A DNA stretch of 64,000 bases from Malacoraja senta (taxonomy: Eukaryota). The notes under the pieces were generated by a model that saw only the letters and a program-made list of their open reading frames with translations, did not search any database and was not told where the DNA came from. This document shows positions 22,706 through 34,799 of this stretch, piece after piece. The stretch spans positions 1 through 64,000 of the forward strand of contig JAXLNO010000562.1 in assembly GCA_038087875.1 (NCBI GenBank), written 5' to 3'. The stretch's first letter is position 1; each line of letters begins with the position of its first letter. A program made the position numbers and the translations under genes.

Positions 22706-23010
22706 GCGGCGCACCGGTGGAGTTGCTGCCTTACAGTGCCAGAGACCCGGGTTCGACCCGATAAGACGAGTGCGTGTCTGTACCGAGTTTGCACTTTCTC
22801 CCTGTGACCTACATGAGATTTTTCTGGGATCTCAGGTTTCCTCCCATACTCCAAAGACATACAGGTTTGTAGGTTAATTGGCTTGGTATAATTGTAAATT
22901 GTCTCGAGTGTGTGTAGGATAGTGTTAGTGTGCGGGCATCTCTGGTCAGTGTGGACTCGGTGGGCCGAAGGGCCTGTTTCTGCACTATATCTCTAAACTA
23001 AACTAAACTA
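22706..23010 (+). mobile_element. tRNA-derived SINE, HE1/V-SINE-like
   Basis: tRNA-like head with B box GGTTCGACCC; central GAGTTTGCACTTTCTCCCTGTG...GGTTTCCTCCCA..CCAAAGAC; CR1-like tail GGGCCGAAGGGCCTGTTTC and (TAAAC)n. Confidence 0.85.
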
Positions 23011-23051
23011 TTCTATATCTAGTTTCTAATTCCATTATATTTTTCTTCCAG

Positions 23052-23256
23052 GTACAATACAAGCCCAATGCCAGAAAAAGGAAATATAATAAGATTCTGG
23101 GTTGCTGTTTGTCAGCCAATTATGAAGAAATTAAGTTTTGTGCTAATCCTTCAAGCTGCCTTTGGAGTCTACCTCAGTTCCAAGCATTATGCAATTTACC
23201 TGAAGATGCTTGAACTTCCTCCATCGCACACAGATTCTGAACTAAACATTAGTTAA
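23052..23256 (+). CDS. TMEM126A: TMEM126A-like last coding exon
   Basis: TTTTCTTCCAG|; R-YNTSPMPEKGNIIRFWVAVCQPIMKKLSFVLILQAAFGVYLSSKHYAIYLKMLELPP...*; AATAAA at 23448-23453. Confidence 0.9.
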
Positions 23257-24439
23257 AGGAGAAAAAGTATTTAATATCATGAATATTTGACAGGATGTTA
23301 TCATGTATTAACCAGTATTCAGTGTGGTGTTTAAGAAATCTTACTGACTTGAGTAATGACATTACAACCAATCAAGCTCATAAAAAAAATTAAAAAAAAG
23401 CAGTCCCTTGTACCTAAAAAACGAATTGGCTGCCAAGTCAGTCATAAAATAAATTACTTTTACAACAGATGAGCTTACACTGAATAATCTTGATTGTTTA
23501 AGATTTTTGGTTTGGGTTTACAATCAACAAACAATTCAAAGAAGCAAAGCAGATTTCCTTGATATAATGGGAAATTAACTTTCCAAATTTGTAATAAATT
23601 TAGTAAAACAAACACATGTGGTATTATTTTACTGAGCTTCTCTCTACCTAAGGGGGAAGCAGCTCTGCAATTCTGCTCTTCGACGATGTTCCCATCCAAC
23701 TCCTTCCTTCAAATCTCAATTATACCTTTTGCAAATCAATTGATAAATTGGTGACTGGGGAGCTTGCAGTGTCACTAAAATGACTGTCATTCGTTCCCCT
23801 TTCCTTCTAATGTCTTTGGCCTCCTGCAATTGTTATTTATGCCAACAAAAGTCAGATTCTAAATGAAACCACCCATGGTAGATTATATAATTATTGCATA
23901 CATGTTATGTTTGTGATTTTTTTTTAAATGAGATTCAAACCAAAGACTTTCCATATTTATACCTAACAAAAAGCATGTTATTTTAAGGTTGCTTTTGTAA
24001 AATCAGCCTTATGATTTGTTGTTTCTGTGAAAGAAGCATACTTTTTTTTCCTTATGGAGCAAAATGTGGCGCTGATTCATGTCGTGAAGTTTGGAATAAA
24101 AGGTATACATACGAGTTTTCAACGCATATCATTGATACTAACAATTCTTGGAAGTTTTGATTTGGAATTTAATAAGTTATCTACAAATAATGTGGATGAA
24201 TAATACAAAAATCCTTTCACTAACTTCAGCATTGGTAGAAAAATACAAACAAAGGTAACAGAGAAGCCAGAATGCTTCCAGCTCTTTGGCTGTTGTGGAA
24301 CAGCAAAGATAAAATGATTCTCTATAAAGTTTCTCCTTAGCTAAGGGGGAAGCATAAATTAACATAATTTATTATTTCTTATACTACCTTTAAAACCAAG
24401 TAGGGATAACACAAATTGTTTGTTCCTTAACAGAACACT

Positions 24440-25585
24440 TAAGGTATTCAACAGGTTAAGTAGCATCTGTGGAGGCAAAAGATGCAAGTCAAAAATTTGG
24501 ATCAGAAGAGAAAGACTGCCAGTGTAAAGTAGCAAGTGGGGATGAAGGCAGACAGGCGATAGGTGGAACCAGATGGGGAGAAGGACGATGGGCAGTTGGA
24601 ACCAGGTGGGAGGAAAGCAACAGTGTGTGTGTGGGCAGAGAGTATGGCCAAGGATTTGGGTTACTTGAATTAAAAACTTCAATATAACATTGGATTGTAG
24701 CTGCCCAAACAGAATGAGTTGTTCTTCCAAATTGCTTTTGAGCTCTGAAACAAATGAAAAGGACAAGTCTGTCAGGTTGGTATGAGACTGGAAAGGAGAA
24801 TTCAAATTACATGCAACTGGAAGCTCAAGATGACAGTTGCGACAGAGCATAAATACTCTGCAAAACAGTTGCCTATTCTGTGTTTGGTTTCAGCAATATA
24901 GCGGAGGTCACATCACAAGCACCAAATGCAGTGGAGCATGTTGGAAGAGGTGCAAGTAAACCTCTGCCTCACCTGGAAAGACAGCTTGGGTCCCCGTGTG
25001 GTGGTTGCAACTTTGGTCTAGGAACAGTATCTCATTTTCTCAACTTGGGTAATTTACAGACAAGTAGCATGATCATTGAATTCTTCTATTTCAGGTAACC
25101 TGCTCTTCCTTGTCTGTTTCTCTCTTTATCTATCAGGCCCTCTCACCGTTCTTTTCAAACCACCCACCCCATGGACCCATGTCGTACAATTTCTTCACTT
25201 TATCCAACCTACTGGGTTCCTGCCTCTCATTATTCTCCTCTGCCCATTCTACCTCCCTTATTTGGTTGCATGCTTTATATTTCTTTCTTATCTGGTTACA
25301 TCATCTGTAGTCCCCTCCAATTATCACTCCCTAGCCATTGTTCCCAATTTGGCCTTTCCTCCCCCTCCTGATTCCATCTACCAATTAATCCCTGCACACT
25401 TAGATCCATCTTTTGCTTGCCCACTCTGCCCCTTCACCTGTTTATACTAGCTAGCTCCCACCTTTACGATCCAGATGAAGGGTTCCAAGCCTTCAAGGTT
25501 AACATACCGATACAATCAAAGCAAGTGAGTAGACATAAACTGCTCAACCTGCTGGGTTCCTCCAGCAGAATGCTTGTTGCTCCAG
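24440..25585. mobile_element. Two old Penelope-like 3' fragments in opposite orientation (about 24440-24995 minus, 25030-25585 plus)
   Basis: Minus-strand ELPVACNLNSPFQSHTNL...LEEQLILF resembles the GIY-YIG C-terminus of 8932-12648; plus-strand CTTGGGTAATTTACA...GAATTCTTCTATTTCAGGTAA is followed by a C-rich UTR and a decayed hammerhead tail. Confidence 0.6.
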
Positions 25586-26499
25586 GTTAAAGTCAAGTCA
25601 CGTTCAGTCATATTGCATAAGTATAGTGAGTAACATGTACAATGCAAATCTTACTTGTGGCAGCATCACATGCACATAGACTCCGATAACGCATAACAAA
25701 TTATACAAGACAGTAAAAGACAGTCCAGGGTAGTGTACCAGGTGATCTTTAGTGCTCTGTTGTGAAGGTAGAATTCCAGCATAGCAATATTTTATGTCTC
25801 TAGTTTACTACTCGTTTATGGCATCTGTTTGTCTCTGGTGAAAATTGTGGTCCTCATGCGGTGAATAAAAATGTGGGCTTTACACTCTCTTCTCTACTCA
25901 TCCCCACCTGCATGCACAAGTGTGAGCTACCTGCTCTGGAATGCCTACCTGGTACAGTTCTGGTTGCGCAACTTTAGGAAGGATGTCATTATGTTGGAAA
26001 GAACATCTTTACCAGGATGTTGCCAGGACTTGAGGGTTTGAGTTATACATTTATAACTTTCAAAATACATTGGGACAGGTAAATGGATAGGAAAGGTTTG
26101 GAGGATATGGGCTAATACAGGCCCAAACACTGGGACTAGCCCAGAATACTAATTTAGTTCGCATGGACAAGATGGATTATAGGGCCTGTTCCCCTGCTGT
26201 ACATTCCACAAGCTCTATTGCGCTAGACTGCAGCCTGTGCCTGGTGTGAAATGCATATTTTTAACCAAATCTGCTCATCCCTTATAGTACCGATTTCTGA
26301 TGTGCTATGTAGTTACTGGCATTTTGGTTTTCATTATTCTTTTCTCCCACCAGTCTACCCACTTACTTTGATTGTATCGATACATGGCCGTCCGAAGCGG
26401 GGGTGCATTGGGTGCGACCGCACCCCCCTTTTTTTCCAGAGTAAAACAAATTAAGAGGAAAAAAAAAATTGTGGTGCAACCAGTGTTTCCACCTTGATA

Positions 26500-26603
26500 G
26501 GCTTGGTATAAGTATAAATTATCCCTAGCGTGTGTGGGATAGTGTGCGGGGGATCGCTGGTCGGTGCGGACTCGGTGGGCCGAAGGGCACTATCTCTGAG
26601 CTA
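26500..26603 (+). mobile_element. HE1/V-SINE-like 3' fragment
   Basis: GCTGGTCGGTGCGGACTCGGTGGGCCGAAGGGC matches the 3' part of 22706-23010. Confidence 0.65.
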
Positions 26604-27109
26604 AATGTGACACAGGGGCCCCAGGGGTTGGTCTCGAACCCCCACTGTCCTCATGGGAACTAAACTGTTGGCCACGAGTTGTCCCAGAGGCAGATATCTC
26701 TTCCAATGGTCTCTCCAAACCCCCAGAGGCAGTGGGCTTTTCAACTGGGTACAGGCAATGTGGTCAATGTACCAGTGGCATCCACCTGCTCTGGCCACTG
26801 TGTAAATTCCCACCACCCATTTTGAAGCAAGGCAACGGGGTGGGGAGGTGGGAGGTGTTGTTCCCAAAGTCTGCATTTATCCCATAGTCAATGTTACTAA
26901 AACAGATGTTGTGGCCTTTCTGCAGTACTATTAGCGGGATCTAGTTATCACAGGCTGGGTCCACAAATGGGTGGCATCGGGGAAAGTGGGGGAGGGGGGT
27001 TGGAGAATGGGAGAAGAGGGAGAGGGGAGAAGGGGATGCGAGGGGAGGAAGCAGGGCCACCTAAAGTTCCGCCGGGCAACCTAAAAGCCGTGTCATTTTG
27101 CCCAGCGTG

Positions 27110-27214
27110 ACTGCAGATACTGGTTTATACCGAAGATAGACACAAAAAATTGGTGTAACTCAGCGGGTCAGGCAGCATCTCTGGGGAAAAGGAATACGTG
27201 ATGTTTCTGGTCGG
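27110..27214 (-). mobile_element. Solo PLE pseudo-LTR tail
   Basis: Reverse complement GAAACATCACGTATTCC...AGATGCTGCCTGACCCGCTGAGTTACACC...CCAGTATCTGCAG aligns to 8789-8885. Confidence 0.7.
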
Positions 27215-27699
27215 CGGAGGCGATGGCTGTAGTGCAGGGTGACGGAGGGTCGGAGTGAATGACGGACCCCGCACAGCAGCAGCAGTGGCGATGGCGGCTC
27301 CACCTCCTCCTGCACCTTGCCCGCCCTCATAGCGGCCGCTGAGTGCCACTGTGCGAATGGCGATAACCGCTTTCAAAACCCTCCCGCACGCCGAGGAGGG
27401 GGGGAGGAAATAAGGGGGAGGCCCCCTTCCGCCATCTGAAGCACCTGCACCGGTCGGCCCCGCACCTTCCTGTTGGCTGGCGGAGGAGGGGAGACGGTGG
27501 CGAGGAGTTCCCAACTGCCTCCCCCTTTGGCGGTGGCACTTGGCGGTGGACAGGGACAGTCAAGGCTGCGGGGCGATGTTGCCGGTGTTGTCCGAGGAGC
27601 GCAGACCTTCCTTCCTCACCACCTCCTCTGCCCCTTCCCCTCTCTCTCTCTCTTGTCCACCCCCCCCCCCCCCCATATCCTGGGATCCCTCCTCTCCAC

Positions 27700-28340
27700 C
27701 CCACCCCACACTGATCCCCATTCCCCATCTATTCAGTCCGCACTGACATCCCCTGTGCTCCCCTCCCCATCTACCACCCCCCCCATCTATTCATCCTGCA
27801 CTGATCTCCCTACGACCTCGCATTGATTCTCCTGCCACCCCCCCATCCATCCTACACTTGTCCCCCAATTCATCCTGTACTGACCCCCTTCCCATCCATC
27901 CTGCACTGCTCCACCCATTCATCCTGTACTGAGCCACCCATTCATCCTGCACAGACCCCCTGATCCACACTACTGACCCACCCCCATTCATCCTGTACTG
28001 ATCCCCCCCATTCATCCTGTACTGATCCTCCGCATTGACCCCCCCCATCCATCCTGTACTGATTCCCCCCCATCCCGTACTCCCTCACTGACATCCCCCG
28101 CGCTCTCCCCTCACAATTTTATCTACTCCAACCAACACGCACTAATTCCCCTGCCTCAATCCATCCATTCTGCACCGATTGCCTTCTCAACCATCCCCTC
28201 CCATCTATCCATCCAGCACTGATTCACCCTCCCATCTATCCATCCAGCACTGATTCACCCTCCCCCATCTATCCATCCAGCACTGATTCACCCCCCCCCC
28301 CCCATCTATCCATCCAGCACTGATTCACCCCCCCCCCCCC
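27700..28340. repeat. C-rich degenerate tandem repeat (about 25-33 bp units)
   Basis: Recurrent CCCCCCAT(T/C)CATCCTGTACTGA and CCCATCTATCCATCCAGCACTGATTCA units. Confidence 0.75.
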
Positions 28341-29822
28341 GACCCTACTGCGCTGGAAATGTCTTCAGAGCAAACATTGACAATGTTTGGTAATGGAATG
28401 CAGTTAAATGAGTTTTAATTCCCAATGTTATTATTTGTTTTAATCCATAAAGATGGATTAATTAAATTGTGGATAAGTGAAACATTAAAACCGCAGTGTT
28501 CGATTGTCACTGCTACCGTTGACACGTTATTACAGAATTCATTTTAACGGCAAATCAATGCTCTTAATATGGAGTATCAGTACTGTAGTTATTTATTGAG
28601 CAACATTCACAACTATACTTTGGATTTATCCAGGTTTTACTTCTACAGTTGGTCATATACATCACGAATTTGGTCAGGAGATATTTCAGTTGTAATTTTA
28701 ATGTTAATTCTGAAGTGGGAATGACGGAAACAGCGTTTATCAATAATTTTTTTTAAATCTGGTGCGAACAAACTGGGTATCTTCATTGCTGTTCACAACA
28801 CATTCATCTAATCTGAATGTCCGGTAATGTGGCGTTTTGACACCTTTAAACATATTGCCAAAAGAACATTTACTGCATTTGATGTCCTTTGGCCATCTCT
28901 TGTGAGCTAGTGTAATGTTTAACCTGTCAGATAGGTATAGTCGGTTTTAACAGCTATTATCATAAAAATGTCCTTGCAATCTGTATATTTTGTTGTGGAT
29001 AAATTATGTGGGAAGTGAGAGTGTTTATGTACCAATAGCAATAACGACCCTATGCTATGGCCATGTCATGATAATTTTCGATCCTTCACAGAAAACAAGC
29101 TTGCATCAATCTGTAGTGTGCATGTTTTAGCATATATTTTACCATGGTTCAGGATTTATTGACACAGGTTGAATAATCCAACCACATTTTTGGTTTGGAA
29201 GTGGAAAGAAATATAGAAATTGCATTCATTGCAACGTGTAAAAAGAGTTGAGATACTGTATTATAATTTTGCTGCATGTCATTGCGGTATATATCATGTC
29301 TTGATTGGTGAATATCTTTAGTTTGTGACTATTTGTTGCAGAAATAATATGTGAATGCTTCATTGAGCATAATTCCGACTGGTAACTACGCACTTCGTCC
29401 GAGCACATTATTGCACGCGTCATGCAAGCCGTCTTAAATGACCACCTAAACTGTCATTTGACAACCTAAAAAGCTGCCTATGTTGCCCGACTGGGAACAG
29501 GGGAAAAAAATTAAGTGAGAGCCCTGGGGAGTGGAGAAGGGGGAGAAGAGTGGAGCAGGGGGAAGGGAAGAAGGGTGGGGAGGAATGGAGAAGGAGGGAT
29601 TGTGGCGGGAGGAGGGAAGTGGGGAGTTCAGTCTACACTCACTGAATCCATCCCTGTGAAATGTTAGAGATGGTGATTGGATCTGGAAGCGGACCAATAC
29701 ATCTGTAAGTAAAACTGGACACATCTTTTCATTTGCACAATTGATTTTATTGTATTAATTTTAATATATTAATGTTTAAAATCCATGCATTGAAGGAAGA
29801 ATATTTTATAGCCATCTGTGGT

Positions 29823-30060
29823 CCCTAACCCCAACCCTAACCAGTCGTTACCCGCAGGACAGCATACGTCAGCGTGTGACAGGGCGCACGACATGATGAG
29901 ACAGCCAGATGTCACCCCTGGATTTTGAACATTCCAAAATCCAGAGGTGACAGGGAGTCACCGCGCGTCACCAAGCATCAGGCTGCGTCATGACCCGACC
30001 ACGATGCGACAGCCTCTTTTCAGGCTGTCGCCGAAATGTCACCCAAGTGGGACAGGCCTT
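29823..30060. mobile_element. PIF/Harbinger-type MITE fragment (one TIR)
   Basis: Ends CAAGTGGGACAGGCCTT, the same TIR type as 36178-36632; internal inverted repeat GTCACCCCTGGATTTTG / CAAAATCCAGAGGTGAC; CCCTAA-like repeats at the left break. Confidence 0.6.
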
Positions 30061-30061
30061 T

Positions 30062-30358
30062 CACGCTGCGAAACATGAGGGCAAGGCTTTCGAAGGCAGC
30101 ATCAGCGGCAAACTTCTCCCTGGCCAGGTTCTCGATCACCTCAGGCTCGAGTCCACAGTGCTCGAAGAAACTGTCCAAGCCCGAGCAGGCTCAGGAGAAG
30201 CGGCAGCTGAGGTCGGAGTGCGAGTGCCATAATCCGCCTTCACTAACCTGCCGCTTAAGCGGCTCCTTGAGGCGACCTGCTGCTGCTTCTCATGGCGCTG
30301 CTGGCATGGTTACTTGTGCACCCTGGGATGCTGCTGGCGTGGCGACTGGTGCTTCCTG
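30062..30358 (-). pseudogene. FAM110-family C-terminal domain fragment with two in-frame TGA stops
   Basis: Minus-strand GLWHSHSDLSCRFS*ACSGLDSFFEHCGLEPEVIENLAREKFAADAAFESLALMFRSV resembles the FAM110 motif (RSxSDLSxRxS...FFxxCGLDPE..ExLGxExF...LxxRSV); no start, no 3' end. Confidence 0.75.
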
Positions 30359-31359
30359 GGGGGAAATACTGATTTTCAAAAATCCAGTTTCTGTGTAGTA
30401 CGTTCTATTGCATCGATGTGAGAAATACCGATTTCCCCAACAAAATACTAATTTTCAGCCATCAAAATACAGAAATGCTCAGTGAAACTTGGCAGCTCTG
30501 CAATTATTCACAATCACATTATGCTTGAGAATTCAAAATGTGATTTGCGATCTTGTTGTTGAGTCATCGTGGAACTAGAATTTGTTACAATAGTATGACA
30601 GTAAAATAGATTAGTTTGAAAGCGGTCATAGTAATGTAAATGCACCAATTAGTTTGACCAATTTTCATGATGGAAATTGAAGTCAAACTAAATGTTGTAT
30701 TCACATCACTATTTCATGTTGAAGTTGATGTGATGTGAAGTTGTTAGGTCAGGAGGACCATTAAAGGTCCACTGCACACACTAACACAGTCTAACAGTAA
30801 CAGGCAATCAAATCAACACACAAAACATTTTCTAAAAAAAGGTTTTCTTTACTGCAAAAACATACAGTATTTTATTTGCAGTTTTTGCATGCTTCTTTAT
30901 AACATTTTACATAACATTTACATCAGTACAACTTGATTATTAAAACAAGGACAACAATTCTTGATTTTAAAAAAATGTATACAACAATGACCCCAATCAT
31001 CCCATTCATTCACTCATTACTCTTGACTCAACCAAAATTATTTCTGAAATGTTGGTCATAAATTTGGTGCAAAAATGCTCCAAAATAAGGCTCAGAATGC
31101 ACCAGAGAGCATCTAAAACCCCAGAGCATTCAGGGCCCTTAGGCGGGCCCTGGAACCTGGACACGAGGGGCTTCCCGCTTGTGATGTGTGCTGCGTGCAC
31201 ATTATTTCACATAAAATTGTTGTGATCCTGTCATGCCACCCCCTTTTTGAAAAGCTTCGTACGGGCCTGCCGATATGTTAACCTTGAGAACCTGCCCAGG
31301 TTAAATCTGGGTTCAGTGATTCCTGTAATTTCAGTGGAGAGAAATATCTGTAAGGAAGT

Positions 31360-32210
31360 CATAGAGCATAGTTACAGCCTTTTGGCCCAAATTCATCCAT
31401 GCCAACCAAGGTGCCTTCCTAAGCTAGTCATATTTGCCTGCCTTTGGCCCATATCCATATCTTTACCTATCTATTAATCTGTCCAAATGCCTTTTAAATA
31501 TACTTGTGCCTACCTTTAGTCAGTAACTCAGCGTGGAAACAAGCCCTTTGGCCCAACTTGCTCATGCCAACAAGAATGCCCATCTACACTGGTCCCACAT
31601 TTCTGAGTTGGCCTATATCTCTCTCTAAACCTGTCCTATCCATGTTCCTGTCCAAAATGGGGAATTTTAACTTTGTGACAGTACCTGTCTCCACTACTTC
31701 TTCCAGCGACTTGTTCCATATACCTACCACCCTTTGTATAAAGAAAGTTGCCCCAAAGGTTCTTATTAAATCTTACCCCCACCCCTCACCTTAAACCTAT
31801 GGTTCTTGATTCTCCTACTCTGGATAAAGACTGTGCATTTACCTTATCTATACCTCTGATGCACCTTATAAATCTTTATAAGATCACACCTCATCCGCCT
31901 GTGCTCCAACGAGTAAAGTCCTAGCCTGCTCAACCTTTCCCTATAGCTTAGGCCTCGAGTCCAAGCAAAATCCTCGTAAATCTTCTCTGTACCTTTCCAA
32001 CTTAACATCACGTTTATCACTTCCTGTGGCAGCTCTTTCCATATACCCTCCACACTGTTGACCTTCTTAAATCTTTCCCTTCTCACCTTAAATCAATTAG
32101 TTCAAGACTCCCGTACCCTGGAAAAAAACTAGCCATTCACATTATTGACGACTAATGCCCCTCGTGATTTTATATACTTCTTTAGGGTCACCCGCAGCCT
32201 CCTGCGCTTA
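31360..32210 (-). mobile_element. Cluster of CR1 3' fragments
   Basis: Minus-strand LSYRERLSRLGLYSLEHRRMRCDLI and repeated CR1 tails. Confidence 0.75.
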
Positions 32211-32329
32211 GTTTTAAAATTAAAGGGACAGTTTTGTAAATAAAATAAACTGTCTACAGAGCTTATCTACTGGCCCACAGCAGGAGGCGCTCAAGTGATA
32301 TGGATTGTAAACAGTCTTCATTTTTTTGT

Positions 32330-32900
32330 GGGGGAGGGTGGGGGAAAGCGGAAAAGGAAGAGGCAGAGACAGTAGGCTGTGGGAGAGCTGGGAAGGAGGG
32401 AGAAAGCAAGGACTACCTGAAATTGGAGGAGTCAATGCTCATACCGCTGGCGTGTAAACTACCCAAGCAAAATATGAGGTGCTGCTCCTCCAATTTGCAG
32501 TGGAACTCACTCTGGCCATGGAGGAAGCCCAGGACAGAACAGTCTGATTCGGAATGGGAGGGGGAGTTGAAGTGCTGAGCCACCAGGAGATCAGGTTGGT
32601 CGATGCGAACTGAGCGGAGGTGTTCGCCGAAGCGATCGCCAAACCTGCGCTTGGTATCACCGATGTAGAACAGTTGACACCTAGAACAGCGGATGCAATA
32701 GATGAGGTTGGAGGAGGTGCAGGTGAACCTCTGCCGCACCTGGAAAGACTGTTTGGGTCCTTGGATGGAGTCTAGGGGGGAGGTAAAGTGACAAGTGTAG
32801 CATTTCCTGCAGTTGCAAGGGAAAGTACCAGGGGAGGGGGTGGTTTGGGTGGGAAGGGACGAATTGACCAAGAAGTTACGGAGGGAGCGGTCTCTGCAGA
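32330..32900 (-). mobile_element. Penelope-like (Neptune-type) 3' fragment, diverged relative of the 8451 element
   Basis: ORF 32413-32871: PGTFPCNCRKCYTC...QRFTCTSSNLIYCIRCSRCQLFYIGDTKRRFGDRFGEH...VAQHFNSP. Confidence 0.92.
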
Positions 32901-34165
32901 AGTTCGGTTTAAACCAAGTTCGATATATTTAATTAGAGAAATCAGCAAAATAACAGAAGCAGGAATAGGCCAGGTAGCTTTCCTAACCCACCAGCCCATG
33001 CTGCGCCATTTTCCATAAAGGGAAAGTTTTATCTTTTACGTCAACTTCCCTACATTTCCTCAGTTTCCAATAAAATCAACTGAACTCAGTATAAAATTAA
33101 TGGAAAATAATTTACCAAAATGCAAATCAGGGAAGGAAAGTAAAAAATGCCCAAAGATTAAAATTTATAGGTATGATACTCCATAATTGCTAAAGCTAAT
33201 TTTCATTGCCAGAATGGGTACATGCTTTTCAGAGTTAATGAATTGCCAAAAAATCACTATCATTGAGTGGCCAAGTTCCAATCTTTTGCAATGCTGAGTC
33301 TCATCACCAGAAACCTATACAATAAAGTTTATAGGGAAGCAGGACAAGGTGGACAGTAATGCTCAAATTTCAATAGTTAACCGTCCATGTATACACTGAA
33401 AGTTATGGATTTATTCCATATTAATTAAAATCGCAATATCATCACATATTCTTCTTACAGAGTGAAGCTGCTGAACTAGCCATGGACAGGACTACCATCT
33501 TAACCTCAAACCCCAAGTAAATTATTAACAGAAACACTCAATGGTGGTTTGAGTCTTTATTATGAATATACTTATCTGCAGTGTTACATTGCCAACTATT
33601 TATGAGCAAAACATTTTTTAATCCTTTCATCATTTGTCATTGATACATGTGTAACTCTGAAAAAATTCTCATTGATCATTAAAGATATTGAGGTGGAAGT
33701 TAATTTTTGGTTAGCAATAACAAACACATTAAAGTGACAGTCTTATATAGTACTTAGTGTTAGTGTTTTAAGTGCAACAAAATGAAAGTTCTTGTATAAT
33801 TTCCATTCTATTGAAGCTCATCTTCATACAGTATATAAACAAATTAACAATAGGTCTTTATGAGTGAAAATATTGTAGCATCAATAATAAAGTGACTGGA
33901 ATGAAATAATTACTTAAATTTTAATGGGGCTGAAATGTAATACCTCAGCTTTGTAAAATATTTTAATATAGCAACATATAGCTTGAGCACTTCTTGTATT
34001 TGATAAAGACACGTAGAATATTTAGTCCAATGTAAATAATTGTCAAAACACAACTTCCTTTTCCATATTATCATATCTGGTTTTGGGCCACAAAAATATT
34101 TCATTATATTAGGTTGTAAAAAGACCTCACCCAGATTTGTAATATATATACTTAAGATTTCAGTT

Positions 34166-34314
34166 TCAGTTTGTGACGGTTTTGCTGAGCATCAACATTC
34201 TTAAAGGAAGCACATCCTCCACCCATATATTTGGATTGGTAATCATTTTATTCCATGTTTGCTTTTCTTCTTCTGTAGAATCCATCCAGTCTACTGCCAT
34301 TCCATAACTTTTAC
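34166..34314 (-). CDS. SYTL2: SYTL2 last coding exon
   Basis: [55 protein letters not shown], a Slp2-type C2B C-terminus. Confidence 0.9.
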
Positions 34315-34799
34315 CTGTTTAGTAAAATAAATGGTCAATAAATTAAAAAAAGCAAGTTTCAAGCTTGGTTTATAAACACATAATACATTAGGGATCACAA
34401 AATTGGATAGTTAGTATATTGCCGTTACTTGTGGCATAATGATCAGCTAGATTCCTACAGAATGTTTCACATCTTCAAAGCTGTACATCACAAAGAGAGA
34501 TTAGCAAATGAGTTGAAAGGGAGACCAAGAATTGTGAAATCAACAAGGCGAGAAAGGATGGAAAAGATGAAAACTATTGCAATCTCTTAAACATTTCCAC
34601 ATTGATTTAATAGGCCATCCATGTAGATGATCTATTCAGCAGTCGGTGAAAGTTATTTCTCACAAGGTGATCGAGTGGTGTTGAGTAAGAACAATACCAC
34701 CAGAACATCTACAAATGTCCAACAGCAGAAGCACAATATGCATTCATAGACTGTCCAAATAAAACAAAACGTAATTTAGAACATTAGCTCGATAATGTT

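Noticed and set aside
22706..22780. tRNA gene
   Set aside because: The tRNA-like head of a SINE; no complete cloverleaf. The same applies near 60183.
29823..29842. CCCTAA telomere-like repeats
   Set aside because: Only about three imperfect units at a MITE breakpoint; too short to call an interstitial telomere.
30190..30293. In-frame TGA codons as selenocysteine
   Set aside because: Better explained by CpG decay in a truncated fragment; no SECIS-like evidence and FAM110 proteins are not known selenoproteins.
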